Shown here: in pieces, positions 13,252 through 26,886 of the stretch
Layout of the letters: each line of letters starts with the position of its first letter
How positions within the stretch are numbered: the stretch's first letter is position 1
Assembly: GCA_965637545.1 (NCBI GenBank)
Contig: OZ281498.1
Span: forward strand, 16,368,001-16,432,000
Source of the DNA: Phallusia mammillata
Lineage: Eukaryota
Reading direction: 5' to 3'
DNA length: 64,000 bases
Program-made: the position numbers and the translations under genes
The notes under the pieces: model-generated
Database searches by the model: none
Told to the model about the DNA's origin: nothing
Seen by the model: only the letters and a program-made list of their open reading frames with translations

Positions 13252-16160
13252 GGTTATAAGATAGACTATAGAGACTCTGAAACGTGCCTGAGATTATAGA
13301 AAAGATTCTTTTCCAAACATTAATGAGGAAAGTCAGGTCGTTTACTGTTGACACTTTACGAAGTCATCAGGCTTTTCTTAATCGACAATCACAAACGTCA
13401 GCTTTTTTAAAGGATAATTACGAGTCAGGCCTTTTTTAACACGTGACTTCGTCATGCCACTGAGCGATAATAATTATGAGAGTATAAAGGCCTTCACCAA
13501 TAAACAAAAAAAAAACAGGTATTTTCTGTAGAAAAAAAACATATCAGTCTTGTAATCGCGACTTAAGTACGTCCTACTACAGTCCATAACTTTGTAATTG
13601 TAATAGCTATTTCAGACACTTTTCGAAGAAATTAGCCTGATCAGGCCGAAAAATATTTTGTACAACACTGTCACCTATGTCAGGCCAGTTATGCCAGTCA
13701 GGCTTTCAGTAGAACCTAAAGTTTTCTTGCAAACCCTGTTTGGCCAAGCGTTAGCTCGTTTTATGTGGGTGTATTGTCGTATGACCGGCACGACTTTAAA
13801 TACTAGATTTGATCAGATATTTGTTGAAGCAAGTCACTAAATACTGGAGCACGTATGCACTGTCCAACCACAGTGTACTTTGATTAAATGGCATATGAAG
13901 TTGAAATAATCTGCGTCTTGCTTAGCTGCTTCACAGTCTGTGCATTTCGACTTTGTTCTTTTGCCTAGCATTGGTAAGTTATTTTACACCTTCCTTAGAT
14001 GAAAATATTAAGAATTGGATCTAACTTAATGCGTGTTCGGACCAAACAGTTATGCATAATGTTATACACAACAATAGTACGAAAACTCAAGTTTCATAAC
14101 ACGATTTCGGCTAAAAGTAATCCGAAAAGTGAGTCCAAATAAGTTAGATTAGGCGCTTAAGAGTGTTTTTCTTCTTTAGTCTTTTTACCCAGTAAGACCT
14201 TTTTACCTTAGTCTTTTAGTCGTTTTACCTGCAAAACAGACGGCCCTTGGGCAATTTGGGCCCGAGGAACTTTTTTAACTTGGCCTGTGAGTTGAATATT
14301 GTCGGTAAACTACGATTTTATTTAAGCAGAAATTTAAAAGTAAATAAACAACGCGACCTTTGCTGTTTATTACCGCACATTAGTTGACTGTCTCTAATCT
14401 GTTGTGAATGTGTGGTGAATAAGCATTGCTTGTTTTGGAGACAGCATTTCATCGAATTTTGTTGATAATGTTTCGTTTGATTTGCTTTTCTTCCTCGCCG
14501 TCAACCATTTTCTCTTATTTCAATTTTACGGTCATTATTTAAACGTTATCACTCATGTATGCAGCTCGGACATACCGTTTTTCTGTTGCGGCTCGTTAAA
14601 ATTGCAAATTATTAGTCTACAAATGCTAAGAGAAATCACCTTTGAGTCTTTATCAATCAGTTGTTTACGATACAAATATACTTATTGTTTTGTACTGTAT
14701 ATATTGTAAATATGACGCGGTTGTGGAATGTGGCAGATAACAAAGCTTTTATATCAAACAATTCGCGCCCTTGTTTGCGACCTTTTGAGGCGGGAATGCG
14801 AGCTTTTTTGCACAATGTGCGCGAAAAGGCACAATGCGGGCACATTCTGCAAATATTCACTATGAGCCCTTCTGAATGTTTCGTCCAGGCTTTGCCCCTA
14901 CGTGCCGGCGCCCACGTCATCCGAGCAATGCTTCTAAATTAAGCCACTGATAACGAAAGAAGGCAATTGTTCACTCACAGTTGTTACTCTTAGAAATTAA
15001 TATCGTAAGGAAACGGATTTGGGTAATTCCTGGGCGATGTAATCCTATGAAACTAGGTAAAATTAATTCTACCTGTCGTTGTAGGGAAACTTTCGTGGAA
15101 ACTAAATTAACTTTGGAATGTTGCAAATAACGTTTCCCACGCACTTTTTGGACTTGCAGTACACCTAAATGTTATGAGAAGATTTAAGTGTGGGCCCATA
15201 ATATGTTTTTAAAATAGCTTTGACAAAACAATTTAAGATAAGACCAATCGTTTACAAACGCTTACCACCAGGAATGCTGTCGAGTACCACTAGTGGCACA
15301 CGTACTCCCAGTTGGGAAACACTGCTATATATACAGCATAATGTACGCACACCTTCGCAAAACAAACATAATGCTACGATTTAGTGTTAAAAAAACTGAC
15401 AAATTTGCTGTTTTTTTAACTGTTATTCTATTGCTATTCTAGCAGTGTTGCAGCGACCAGAAAAACGAGATTTGTGGACACATTTGATATCAAATAAATA
15501 CAAGGACAGTTAACTGGTACTATAAAAGTCAAGTTAAATGACACAGTAGTCTGCTGTTTTACCACTCAAACAAGGTTTAAAATTTATCATGTGGCAAGTA
15601 CGAACCAAAGACAACGCTCAGCTTTAGGTGGACGGTAAACCTTGATTTGAACAAAACAGATGGATCGAGTTACAGGGGGATTAAATCTTTTTGTTATCGA
15701 TTTAAACATGAATTAACTTCAGCGTTGTCGATCAAACTAAAACAATAGCAACGGGCGATCGTGCTTTCCATGTTGTAAAAGATGTAACAGGTCACGTTTT
15801 GTTGTTTGGGTTGTTGAGCAAAAAAAGATTTTGAATTGTCGGGATTTTTTGGTAAATTTTGTGATGCTCGTTTCTGTAGGCTCTGATTGAAATCAAAAAC
15901 GGATTATTTTTTTATGAAGTCGCTGCTTTAAATTAGAAGAGGCCCTTCCTCTACATGTATATAATTTTTAGGAAATATTTAATCCATGTAATTTTACTGA
16001 CAGAGAGATTGTCCTTCTACTAAGAAGTTACAGGTCATGTACACTTTAGCAAATAGTTTGTAGGAAGATCGAAACGCAAACTCTTTATTTGCTGGATTTG
16101 GATTTTAAATTGGTACTTTTTAATGCAGATTATAGGCTGATGTGAAAGCTTTGGTAACAA

Positions 16161-19100
16161 ATGGCAGAAACTTTGGCAAACCATCCAAACTTTTGTGTAA
16201 AAAACGATTTTATTCGTAATATTGCATCGTACGTTGTACGCAAACACCCCAAAAAGAAGTTTAAAACCCGCACTGAAACATTAACAGCCGCAGTTTCGTT
16301 GTTTATTACAAATGAAACCTGGGGACAAAGTCTAGACCTGCTGCCTATTTTAGAATATGCTTGGGATTCGGTCCAAAAAACACTTGGAATTTCGCTGCCA
16401 GTCTCCGAAAAAAGTGGAAAAAGAAATGTAGAAAGGTATTCCACTGAATACCACGACTCTTCCCTAAATGTTCGATTCCGTGTTCTTAAGCCAGATTCGC
16501 TTGAATTTGAAAACGACATCTGGAAATACTACTTTGCAGCATTATATGCAGTTCAGATCTTGCCGACAGATGAGTTTGAAAAGTTGTTGCAGCACATTCT
16601 CAAATGTTGCAAGGGAAATGATCAAACATTAGCTAAAAATGAACATTTCTACACTTTTTTGTTTGGATTTTTCAACACCAATGTATCAACTTCCATCGCA
16701 AGTTTCACTGATGGAAAGACAGATTTTTTAAAAAATAAGCTAAATATTGTCGTGTCGAGCTTTGAGAAGGAAAACATTGAGAAGTCATGTTTGTATGAAT
16801 GGGCGTACGAGGTACAAAGTCCAGATATTTGCAAAGCTTTTCGACATGGTTTATCCTCTGAAATCAAACTAAATGCCGCTGATTCGAACTGTGCGCAAGT
16901 GATCATAGTAGCTGGGTTATCCTTAATGATAAAAACATCCGAGGAGAGATGTGCCATTGAATTTGTCTCCTTTAATTTTGTAAGTATAATCACTAGCGAA
17001 ATTGCGTGTGAGTTTTAAATAATGTACTTCTATGCAGGAAGAAAAAGAAAGCATGCGGTATTTAATTTCATCGCTGCCGTACATACACTATCTTACAATG
17101 GACAACTGTCAAATAAATCCAGCAAGCTTTCGACTTTTGTCTGAAGGAATTTCAAACCTTACCTTGCCTGTAAGTATGAGCTTTCAACTGCCATGGTAAA
17201 CTGTTGCGTTCTAAACATTGAATTCATTTATATTTCAGATGCTGGCGCTAACTGTAAAGGAATGCAATTTATTAAAGAGTCTTAAATACCTAGGAACTTG
17301 CTTGCATAACATAAACGAACTTAGTTTGATTTGCTGTGATATCGACCAAAAAGGTTGTCACACACTGGCATCTGCGATACTTAAAGTTCGAAAAACGGTT
17401 TGTTGCACCTACGATATCATAAACTTATATACAGTATTAGGCGTGTTGTCTTTTATTAGATTAAACTGGACTTGTATGGAAACGCCATTGACGATCACGG
17501 TGTAAAGTATTTGTCAACCTGCTTAAAGTATCTGGAGGAACTCAGCCTAATGTTTAATGCCGTAACGGAGGAGGGTGCGAAACACCTTGCAGCGTGTTTG
17601 AAAAGACTGGACCACCCGGTGCAGAAATCAGGTTATGTGCAATGGTGTACAGCTTTTTTAAGTAAATATCCTTATTTCAGATAAAAATAAATTTATCGGG
17701 ATGCAACATTTTCGACGAGGGACTAAAATGTTTGTCAACTCATGCTGATAAAATCGCTGAACTTGATGTGGAAGGATGCGGAGTAACTGAGATCGGAACA
17801 AAACATCTTTCACAAACTGTCAGGAGACTCAAATATCCGGTGAGCATTTATTTTTTTCTTTGTTGGATATTTATTAGGGCATGTGCTACAGATGAATAGA
17901 CTGAATATTTCTGGAAACCCACTTCAAGACGGAGGTGTAGCGTTTGTGTCTGGTTGCTTGTCTAACATCAGAGAACTCACTTTGCGCGATTGCAACGTGA
18001 CGAGCAATGGATGTGAAACTCTAGCAACCGGCATAACTGAACTACACCAATCGGTATGCGATTGATTGAAACTCTTGTTGTGTCATGTTAACTCTTTGTT
18101 ACCGTTTGGACATTATTTGGCTTTACTAAAGAATTTCATAGCACTTTTGAAAGGGTTATCTATAAGTCATATTTACAGCGCTTCTGTCAGTTTATTTTGT
18201 TTTATTTTTGTAGTTGGAAAAGCTAGTATTGACCGGAAACGATATCGGTAACGAAGGAGTCAGTTTCATATCGAAATGTATTTCAAATATGGGTGGTCTT
18301 GACGTCAGCAACTGTGGCTTCACCAGCGACGGGGCTGAAGCATTGTCAACGGCTGTGAAAGAATTGCATTACGCGGTAATGTCAGTTTGGTGCACATTTT
18401 GCAGGTCAACTGATCACCTTTATAAACTAGATTACGTCACTTCTTTTGGAAGATAATGCAATCGGAGACAAAGGGGTGAAGGGAATTGCATCTTGCTTGT
18501 ACAACATCAAGGAATACGATAAAACCGCCAAAGAAAATATGGGGTGGCAAATGTCGGATGTCGCAAGATCCAGACTTCAATCGATGGTGTCCCGTTTACA
18601 CGCAATGGTAAAAAGTTGTTGTAACTGAACTCTATAGATTTTTTACCTACTGTTTACATCTGGCAGAGAAACTTTGATGTTATCAGTGATACGTACACAG
18701 AGTTGGGCAAAGGCGGAGGAAAACTACAGGTCGATGGTTCTGTCGTACGTGTCCCACCCGGCGCTCTGGACGAAGAAATGAAGTTTCAAATCACTTCCTA
18801 CTACGGCAAAGATATAGAAACCGTAATTAGTAAAACTTACCAAATCCTTGGTGGCGCAAAATAATAATAAACATTTTTAGAGCACGGTGACACCTACTTT
18901 GGAATGCAGGCCGTATTTCAAAAAGTTTAAGAAGTCGGTGTCATTGTCCATGCCCAACTGCATGATATGCGATCAGCCTCAACCTTTTTCGGTTGGTAAA
19001 TAATATAACAAAACACTATTGATGAATAACGTTAATCCGCAAAATTGGAATAGATTTGGGCGAGCAATGATGGATTGGAATGGCAAAAAATTGGAACTCT

Positions 19101-20478
19101 AATCCATATAAATCAAAGGCGACACCATTTTACCACCAATCATTTTACCTGGTAGGTTTTTCTAATGCCATGCTAAACCGCAACTACAAGGAGCATGTAG
19201 ACGTAAAAATATATGAAGATATTAAACTTAAATTTGTAGATTTATATGGAAAGTTTATCAACAGCGCCCTACATAATTACTAGGTTCAGAATGGAATGGC
19301 TTCGGAGTCTGTTATCATTTTCATACAAAAAAGAAAAAACTTTGATTTGCCGAATATGCCAGGAGAATCAATTTGGCCCAGATCAAACAATACTAAAAAT
19401 TATGCTGTGTGATAACGTTGGCAATCATGAAAGTCGAAACAATAAAGATGTTTTCAAAGATAATATTCTTGTTGGGTGAGTACGTAAAGTGCTTTCGTTT
19501 TACAAAAACGTCTTCCGAAATAGATCTAATCTCTTACTAGCTTATAAATTATAGGCTATCTGACATTTGTATTAAGACCTATCTTTGAATCAGTGGTTCT
19601 TCTGTGGCCATTTTTCACTAAAGGTTTGCCCCCCAGATTTTTGGCACATTTTTTTGTATAACTGGACCGCAATTGTTTAACTTGATGTTTTACTTAATTT
19701 TATTTTCAACAATATATTTCCCCAATTAAAAAATGCCTTTCATGTCGTCTGTGAAACAAAAATGATTTTTTCATGATTTTTGCTGCAAAAAGTTTTAGCG
19801 TAAAGTGATTACAAACTCGTTGAACCTATATGCAATTGAATTCCAACGCCATGAGGTATTTTTTCATGCCAAAGTCGGATAATTCTAAAAGCTTTCTTAT
19901 ATACACAGCTCAAAAGTAAAGGACGCTGAACTACACCTTGAAAGATTTCCTCAACAAGTTAAATGCGATAAGACAAGCTACAAGCTGGAAAACTTTTTTG
20001 TCAAGTCTTACACTGAGAAGCAATTTCTCTTACGACGTACAGGGTCACTTAATGGAGACTATTGTTTTCGGGTGGTTATCAAATTGCCGAATAAAAAAGT
20101 GATCTACGGTGATCATGAAACTGGCACATTTTACACAGATCCTTTTCGCAACCCATTTTACAATCAGGTAACTGATGTAAAACAAAATATTTGTATTGGT
20201 GTTTTGAGCTACCTGTAAAATATAAAAGGTGTTTATATATTTGTACATATTCTTAAATTCAATATTCTGTTTTCGCAGATGTCTGTTATGTCAACATGCT
20301 CAAGACAGAGTAAGTAATCTAATTGTTAATGCTAGTCATGAACAACTTTATTACAGACCGGTATGAAATGTCTTGTTTAGGTGTGGGATTCCACGGTGAT
20401 GCATCCGGCTCTGTTATCGGAGGAGAAAATGTGAACCTTACAAACAACTATTATGCAACTAATTCAAATCACAACTAA
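16161..20478 (+). CDS. NLR-like protein, copy 1: HD1/winged-helix/HD2, LRRs, ZU5, HF/TW motif, UPA-like domain, RHIM-like C-terminal tail. 15 exons; N-terminus uncertain
   Basis: First exon has LANHPNFC (HD1-like), WKYYFAALY (WH-like) and YEWAYEVQ (HD2-like). 159-162-nt ribonuclease-inhibitor-type LRR exons follow (e.g. LDLYGNAIDDHGVKYLSTCL). Then GGKLQVDGSVVRVPPGAL / VTPTLECRP..FKKSVSLSMPNC (ZU5), TTNHFTWF, and a final exon VGFHGDASGSVIGGENVNLTNNYYATNSNHN*. All exon phases join in frame to TAA at 20476-20478. Confidence 0.82.
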
Positions 20479-21202
20479 AATATCCAAGATTAGCAGAAGC
20501 ATTTAAATTGTGCTTTTTTTTCACGCGTTCTCTCTATTTCATGTTTGTCGCGGTGGTTTCAATCCTCATGCTTTTTTTGAACTTTGCCGAAAATTAACGA
20601 ACGCTTGCCTTTTCATCCTTTTACTTTCTCCTGGTTTTACGTTCCACTTGACTTCAATTTGCTTTTACTAAGGTGTTTAAGTGCCATTTTCAAAATAATA
20701 GAACCATATTAAAATTCTGATACTCTGGACCAAATTACTGCAGCTCTCGTGTGACTGTTGATTGTTGAGATGATTGGGCAAAGCGCATGGCGTAAAAGCT
20801 CGCTACTCAGCGAGCTATGATAACCATATAAAATTAGGTTATCCAAGTTGGCCAACAAATTCAGCAAGCATATCAGAAGTTATTTCTATGCAACGAACCA
20901 TAAAGCAACGATTGAACACACATAAACTCTATTTTATTTGCGATGTAACATGGCCTTTTGTACAGACAGCACAACAAATAAAACGCACAATTTTTTAGGG
21001 TTACAGAAAATAATAAAAATGCCACACAACTGAAAAGTGAAGTTTACTGGATAGAAACACAAGAAATAATATCATATTTACAGCTTACTATACAGCGCTC
21101 AGGCATACGATGGAACGCAGTTGAAAGAATAAACATCACCTCAACCAAGTAAAAATGCAATGCCAATGTTTTTCAAATCACTGTTATCCATTTTACAAAA
21201 AC

Positions 21203-24200
21203 CTACGCTCTCCATATAAGCCACTTTGGTTTTTTAATTGTAAACTCGGACATGTTGCGAATTTGATTTGGATTGTGACTCTCAGAAATTCCATGTTCGC
21301 GCAGTGTCCTCTGACGTTGAGCTTCTTTCATTATGTTTAGCCACTTGTACTTCTGACTGACAACAACTGCACGAATCCTGTTCAACAACAAAATAATGAC
21401 AAAGCCGTTCTTAAAGGCGAAGAAAATGGTGGTGTTAGACACAGCCCCAAACATTATCATCATGACCAGACGAACAGATAGAAAGGGAATGTCTTGGAAA
21501 AGCAGACCCACGGCCAAACCCCATATTTCGTTATAAAAGCAAAATATCTGGTTGTCATGGCGACAAGGCAAACAACAGGCTGCTTGGCTATGATCTGTAG
21601 TTTCGTCAGCTGCTGTTATTTCGGTTGTAGCTTTAGGTTGATCTTCTGTATTCTTTTCGGGCTGCACAATAAATCAGTACAAAATATATTTACTGCCAAC
21701 GGTTAATTTCAAGGATTTTGTTGTTGTGAATTTTGTAGACTGCTTTATTCCGGTTTGAAATTTATATTGTTTTATCTGTGACAAAAGTTAGGCACTTGGT
21801 TAATTTACAACATTATTTGTTGCTTGATAATTGGTAATTAACTGACAGCAAAAAACTTTCGGATTGTTTCTCTGCACCAAAACGTAACTTAATTACAATT
21901 TGCATTGGGTTTTACGCACAAAACTTTAAGTTGGACGAACCATTTTCAACCAAATATTTTGTTTCGGAAATCTTTTGGTTTCGAAATAATCTTTCCTCTA
22001 CGTGATTAAATTAGTGTTTTGTACACTTTCGGCCACAAACAAATAATTTTTTGAATTATTGAATAGGATAATTGTTTTAAATTAACCACATTCAATCGGG
22101 ATTTTTCGTTCTCGACGCGAACTTTTCAGACAGGTTTGGTATATAACTGGTTTTACGGTTGACTAAACAAACCTGATCTTCCATTTCCCTGATTTCTTCA
22201 AAATGTCCCTCCTTGGATTTTGCAAACGCTTCTCCGGATATGTTTGGCATGTCTTGACTTGCAGTTGTAACAAAGCTGAACTGCAACAAACTCCAACTCC
22301 ACACTGACAGAATGATGTAAATTGCCACTGGGTCAGGTAGCTGTAAATAAATATTAAGCTTATATTAACCAAAACTATAAATATAAATACAAACCAAACA
22401 CTATCAGGTGTACAAATGTACTTCTTTTTATCCAACTTGTATAAAGCAACAGTTTTCGGAACACCAAAAATTAGGCTCGGTAATATTCGTTTTTTTTTCA
22501 GTCCAAACCTGAATGCTTTCATCAACTTACATTTCTGATTTTTTCATTTCTAGTCAGATCCAACATTCCCATGATATCTCCTCCTGTGCCCAAGTAAACC
22601 AGCAGAAGTTGAGAAAGTTCGTCTTGAGACATTTCACCTTTTGGAGCAATCCATTTACCAACGATCAATATTAACAAAATGGCTTGCTCCAATGCCAGGG
22701 TCCAAGCTTCATTTGCAAGACAAACACCAAGCTGCAACATAGTTAGATTCAGGCCGGTATTTTTCAATCGCTAGTGCGCGAACGCAAACGTGACCGTTTA
22801 AGGTTTTCATATAGACCTAAGCTTAAGTCTTCAACCACCACAGGTTATACAAAAACATTTTTTGTATAATTTTGTAACATATTTTTCCACACTTAAATTT
22901 TGAGAAACGTTCATAAGCCAATTGGTGTTCTGGAAAGACCATTATTTTTGATAAGAAAGTACTTTTTCTTGCATAAAAGAATAAAATTTTCTTGCATAAA
23001 AAATAAAATATCTTAGAAACATATGTGGAAATTAAATTACTCTCTCGGGAATGAGGTCTAAATCAATTCACAGATATTGGGTTTCTTATGGTCAGAATTG
23101 ACAGGCCTACTTACAACGGAATCACAGCTTGTTGTGTTGGACGGAACACTACTTATCATAGCTGTTTGGTGAGTTTTAATTTCCCAGAACCAAATACATG
23201 GAATTGCACCCATGAGGTAAATCATCACTCCTGGACTCATCCTGCAAAACAAAATATCGCTAAAGATATGAAATTTATAAGTTTAGTAATACTCTTTCGT
23301 TCGCCTCTTGGGAGTTTTAATAGGCAAAATTTGGGCCTGAATAAGTTTCTGCAACACATTAAAGTCCATTTAAAAATATTGTTTACAGTACTTCGCATGA
23401 AAGCATGTCGATTTATAATTCTGGTGAATTTACCCTGATGGTTTAAAGTTTACGGGATTTGTTTTCGAAACAATTAGACAAGAAAGTTTTAAGGCGGACT
23501 TGTCTGTTTTAAATCGGTGGTTGTTCATCGGCAAATAAACAACCTTTGCGTTTTTTTTGGTGGTTTACAGAATATAAACCTAATGGAAATAAATAGGTAA
23601 TATAAATAAAATATTACAGCTAAAGCAGTGGTTCTCAAACTGGGGTCCGCGGTCCAACAGGGGTCCGTGAAGCAATTTTGTGGGGACCGCGAAAAGGTTG
23701 ACGTACTTCTATAATGTTATTTGGCGTCAGTTTGTGTCACTGAATAATTTTAAATCAAAGTAGAATTTAAGATCGACTGTCTCCATTACAAAACAATAGC
23801 CTTTATTGCATGACTACTATTAAAAATGCAATTGTTCGCACACAATCGTAGTGTTTTCTGTCTTGTCTGCGATGTCGCAAACTATCGTTGGATCATTGTT
23901 ATGCGTAATTTTGTATAACTAGCTAAAATTTTGTAAATCAATTTTCGTTTTGCTTAAATACACATTCAAGCGTATGGACCACGAGCACTCGCTATAATGG
24001 CAAAGGGACCGTTTTGAAAAAATAATGAAAAAGTTTGAGAACCACTGAGCTAAACCAAAGACGATTTAAAACTGCCATGTAAATTAAAAACTGTTTTAAA
24101 AAAATAGGTCCATTACAACATATTTTTGACGTATTTTTATCACAAATAATAAGTACATCAATAACTTTATTACAATTACTGACTATAACATTTCAAAATG

Positions 24201-24463
24201 CAATTGCATGTTTCACACTGTTACCATTTAAATTCATTTCCCTTGCGTTTAAACGCCATCACCGTGGTTTCAATCAGCAAGGGGAGAAGTGACACCAGCA
24301 GTAACCATAAGTAGGGGTCTTCCCACGAAACCACCACTCTCCAGGCGGCAAATATAAGGTACATGGCATACAGACATCTCGACAGAATCGACTTTATAAT
24401 CTTAAAGTTTGTTTTCAGGGTTTGTAAAAGATTTTCCGGGCAACACTTTGCTAGAAAATCCAT
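21203..24463 (-). CDS. TMEM26: Transmembrane protein 26 family; about 5 exons
   Basis: IKSILSRCLY..AWRVV..LWLLLVSLLPLLIET..KRKGNEFKW / MSPGVMIYLMGAIPCIWFWE / LEQAILLILIVGKWIAPKGEMSQDELSQLLLVYLGTGGDI / ILSVWSWSLLQF / QDIPFLSVRLVMM..TIFFAFKN all match TMEM26 hallmark motifs (SQLLL..G..DI, W.WS..QF, QD.PF..RL, FF..KN). Confidence 0.9.
23626..24047. mobile_element. hAT-type MITE (same family as 26346-26753)
   Basis: TIRs CAGTGGTTCTCAAA / TTTGAGAACCACTG; TSD AGCTAAAG / AGCTAAAC (7/8). Confidence 0.85.
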
Positions 24464-26345
24464 TGTTACCGTATGCTCCTCTGAAATTTAGTTAAATACA
24501 AAATGTTTTTAGTAAACTTTAACTTGAATTCATTCTTTTCTTATATAACTGCAAATCTGTAAATTCAGTTACTCGTTGCTTACAACTCGAAAAGGTACGG
24601 GTACTAAGCCACATATAAACAACTGACTCCCCAATCAAACTAAACCAATTCACTTCCGGCTTATGTTTTCCGATTCGGTAGATAACCGTGTTATTTATTT
24701 ATCATTGGCTACAATGCTCAACACTGCACTCACAAAGAAATTAAATTATCGTGCCAAACCTTGCACCCGAAGTCACAACACCATAAAGCCCCTTTAATCG
24801 AAAGTAAAGTTCTTAAATCCAATCTAGGCGATGAACCCCGTTAGTACAGGCTTTCCCACATGTGTCTTGTGACGCAAGTGTCAATCTTAACTCTTTTGAC
24901 CCCTATTTCCTTTTCAGTTGTCGGCGATTTGAATAATCTTGGACAGAGAGAATTATTGTAACATGCAACATGTGAGAATTTACTTGGATCAATCAATAAT
25001 GGTCGCAAACACTTTGATATTAGTTTGACTTGTTAATATGTCCTCGAAAAGAATTTTGAATGTAAAATAAAACCAAATACAGGTCCAAGTACATTACAGC
25101 CATTTAACATTTATGCAAATAAGAAAATGCGCCCAAACAAATTATGCTTGTATTAAGTTTTGCCGTTTCTCTGGTTTTAATTTTAGTAACAGATTGTTAT
25201 GAAATGTAATACTGTTGCAATGTTTAAACTTGTCATGGGTAAATGTTCCTGCTTAATATATAATTTTACTACTTCAATTATACAGTGGCACACCTTTAGC
25301 ATCACGAATCATTGTTGCTAGGGGCACTTTTCTTTGCATGGGCTATGTAACGACTTGTTGCATAGGCTATGTTACAATAATAGTGGAAAAAGTGCTCTAA
25401 TACAACCTAGACTGCGTTGCAATCATAGGCGCCGAGTAGGCGGTGTGGCGCGGCCACCTTGGGTTTGTCAAGCACAACTGAAGGAAATCAGGAACGATTT
25501 TGCTTTCAAACAAGCGTTCTGGCGTTAAAGCAACAAAACTTGCCTTGAAACTCCCACCTGTTTTGGTTAGTGCCTTGTTTATGACGTCAAAAACCCAATT
25601 GTTTTTTTTGTAAATGTTTAGTCATTATTGTGTACTATGCGATTGTGTTGTAATAAATGGTTATCACAGGTGATACAAAGCAACAACAACGTGACGAAAC
25701 ATCTTTTTAACGTTGCTAAACCAATGATAAACGTTACTACAACAAAGTGTTGCAAATAAATATTTTGTCACAAATTTCCTTCATTTTCATTTGACGAACG
25801 TTGCAATCTATTGGAAGTATGTTCGGCTTTGAGTTTGTCTTGTGGATGTTCGTATTAGTGACGTCACATCAAGTGACGTCATATTTTACGTCCGTTACCT
25901 TGCATTTTTGTGAAACTCGGCGCCTATGGGTATAATAATACGCTATGAATTAAAATCTCGGTAACAATAGATCAATTGCAGCTTATTTAAAGTGAAATTG
26001 CCAAAGTGCTTTGTTTGTGTTATAGTGTTGCTGTATATTGTTTTTTAAGCCCTAAACTCTAAGGTAGACCGTTTCTAGATTTCTTTTATTCCTAATTGGT
26101 TTCAACGTATACCGACGTAAGAGACCGAATTATGACAGAAAGCTCATTTCCTGACATAATTATTGAGCATATCATCACCAAATACTAACAATTTTGATAA
26201 ACTATGCGCGTGACACATTTGTGAATTAAAAAGGGAAGTAAAACGAGTCACGTGAAACAAAGGTAAAAGCAGAAGCGACAAATTAAAAAAAGTCCAGAAA
26301 TACAACGAAAATTAAAAACCAACACAAGACAAACACAACCTAAAG

Positions 26346-26753
26346 CAGCGGTTCTCAAACTGGGGTCCGCGGCCCTTTGGGGGTCCGTGAGGCAATTTTG
26401 CGAGAACCGCGAAAAGGTTGAAGTACTTCTATAATCTTGTTTGGCGTCAGTTTGTGCCACTGAATAAGTGTAAATCAAAGTAAAATTGAAGATCGACTGT
26501 GTCCGTTTCTAACCAAGAGCCTTTATTGCGTGACAACTAACAAAAAAGCAATTGTTCGCGCACAATCGTAATTTTTTGTCTTGTCTGTTTGTCAGAAACT
26601 GTTTTTGGATTATTGACATGCGTAATTTTGCATAACTAGCTCAAATTCTGTTTTGCAAACATCACATTCCAGCTAAGCTAAAGGATCGCGAGCCCTCGAA
26701 TAATGGCAAAGGGGCCATTTTCAAAAAATAATTGAAAAGTTTGAGAACCACTG
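26346..26753. mobile_element. hAT-type MITE (same family as 23626-24047)
   Basis: TIRs CAGCGGTTCTCAAA / TTTGAGAACCACTG; TSD ACCTAAAG / ACCTATAA (6/8); internal sequence similar to the 23626 copy. Confidence 0.8.
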
Positions 26754-26886
26754 ACCTATAAAAAACGCTGGAAAAAAGCACAATTAGGACGCTTCGGCAA
26801 TCGCGGGTCTAGGAGTTGCTAGGTGACACCAATTTAAAGTTGTAATCAAAGATAACATGAAACACATAAAATATGTTTGGAATATT

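Noticed and set aside
14657-14942. Cys-containing ORFs as a zinc-finger or transposase fragment
   Set aside because: No complete motif and no supporting splice sites or termini.
15000-15140. IWVIPGRCNPMKLGK as a NACHT Walker A
   Set aside because: It does not fit GxxGxGK[ST], and the frame closes shortly afterwards.
10325-15324. CAGTGTTTCCCAA..TTGGGAAACACTG as the ends of a 5-kb hAT element
   Set aside because: The flanking 8-mers (TTAGGGGA versus CTATATAT) do not match and no transposase lies between; probably independent fragments.
25858-25881. Double TGACGTCA (CRE) upstream of TMEM26
   Set aside because: A short motif with no supporting evidence; cannot be called regulatory from sequence alone.
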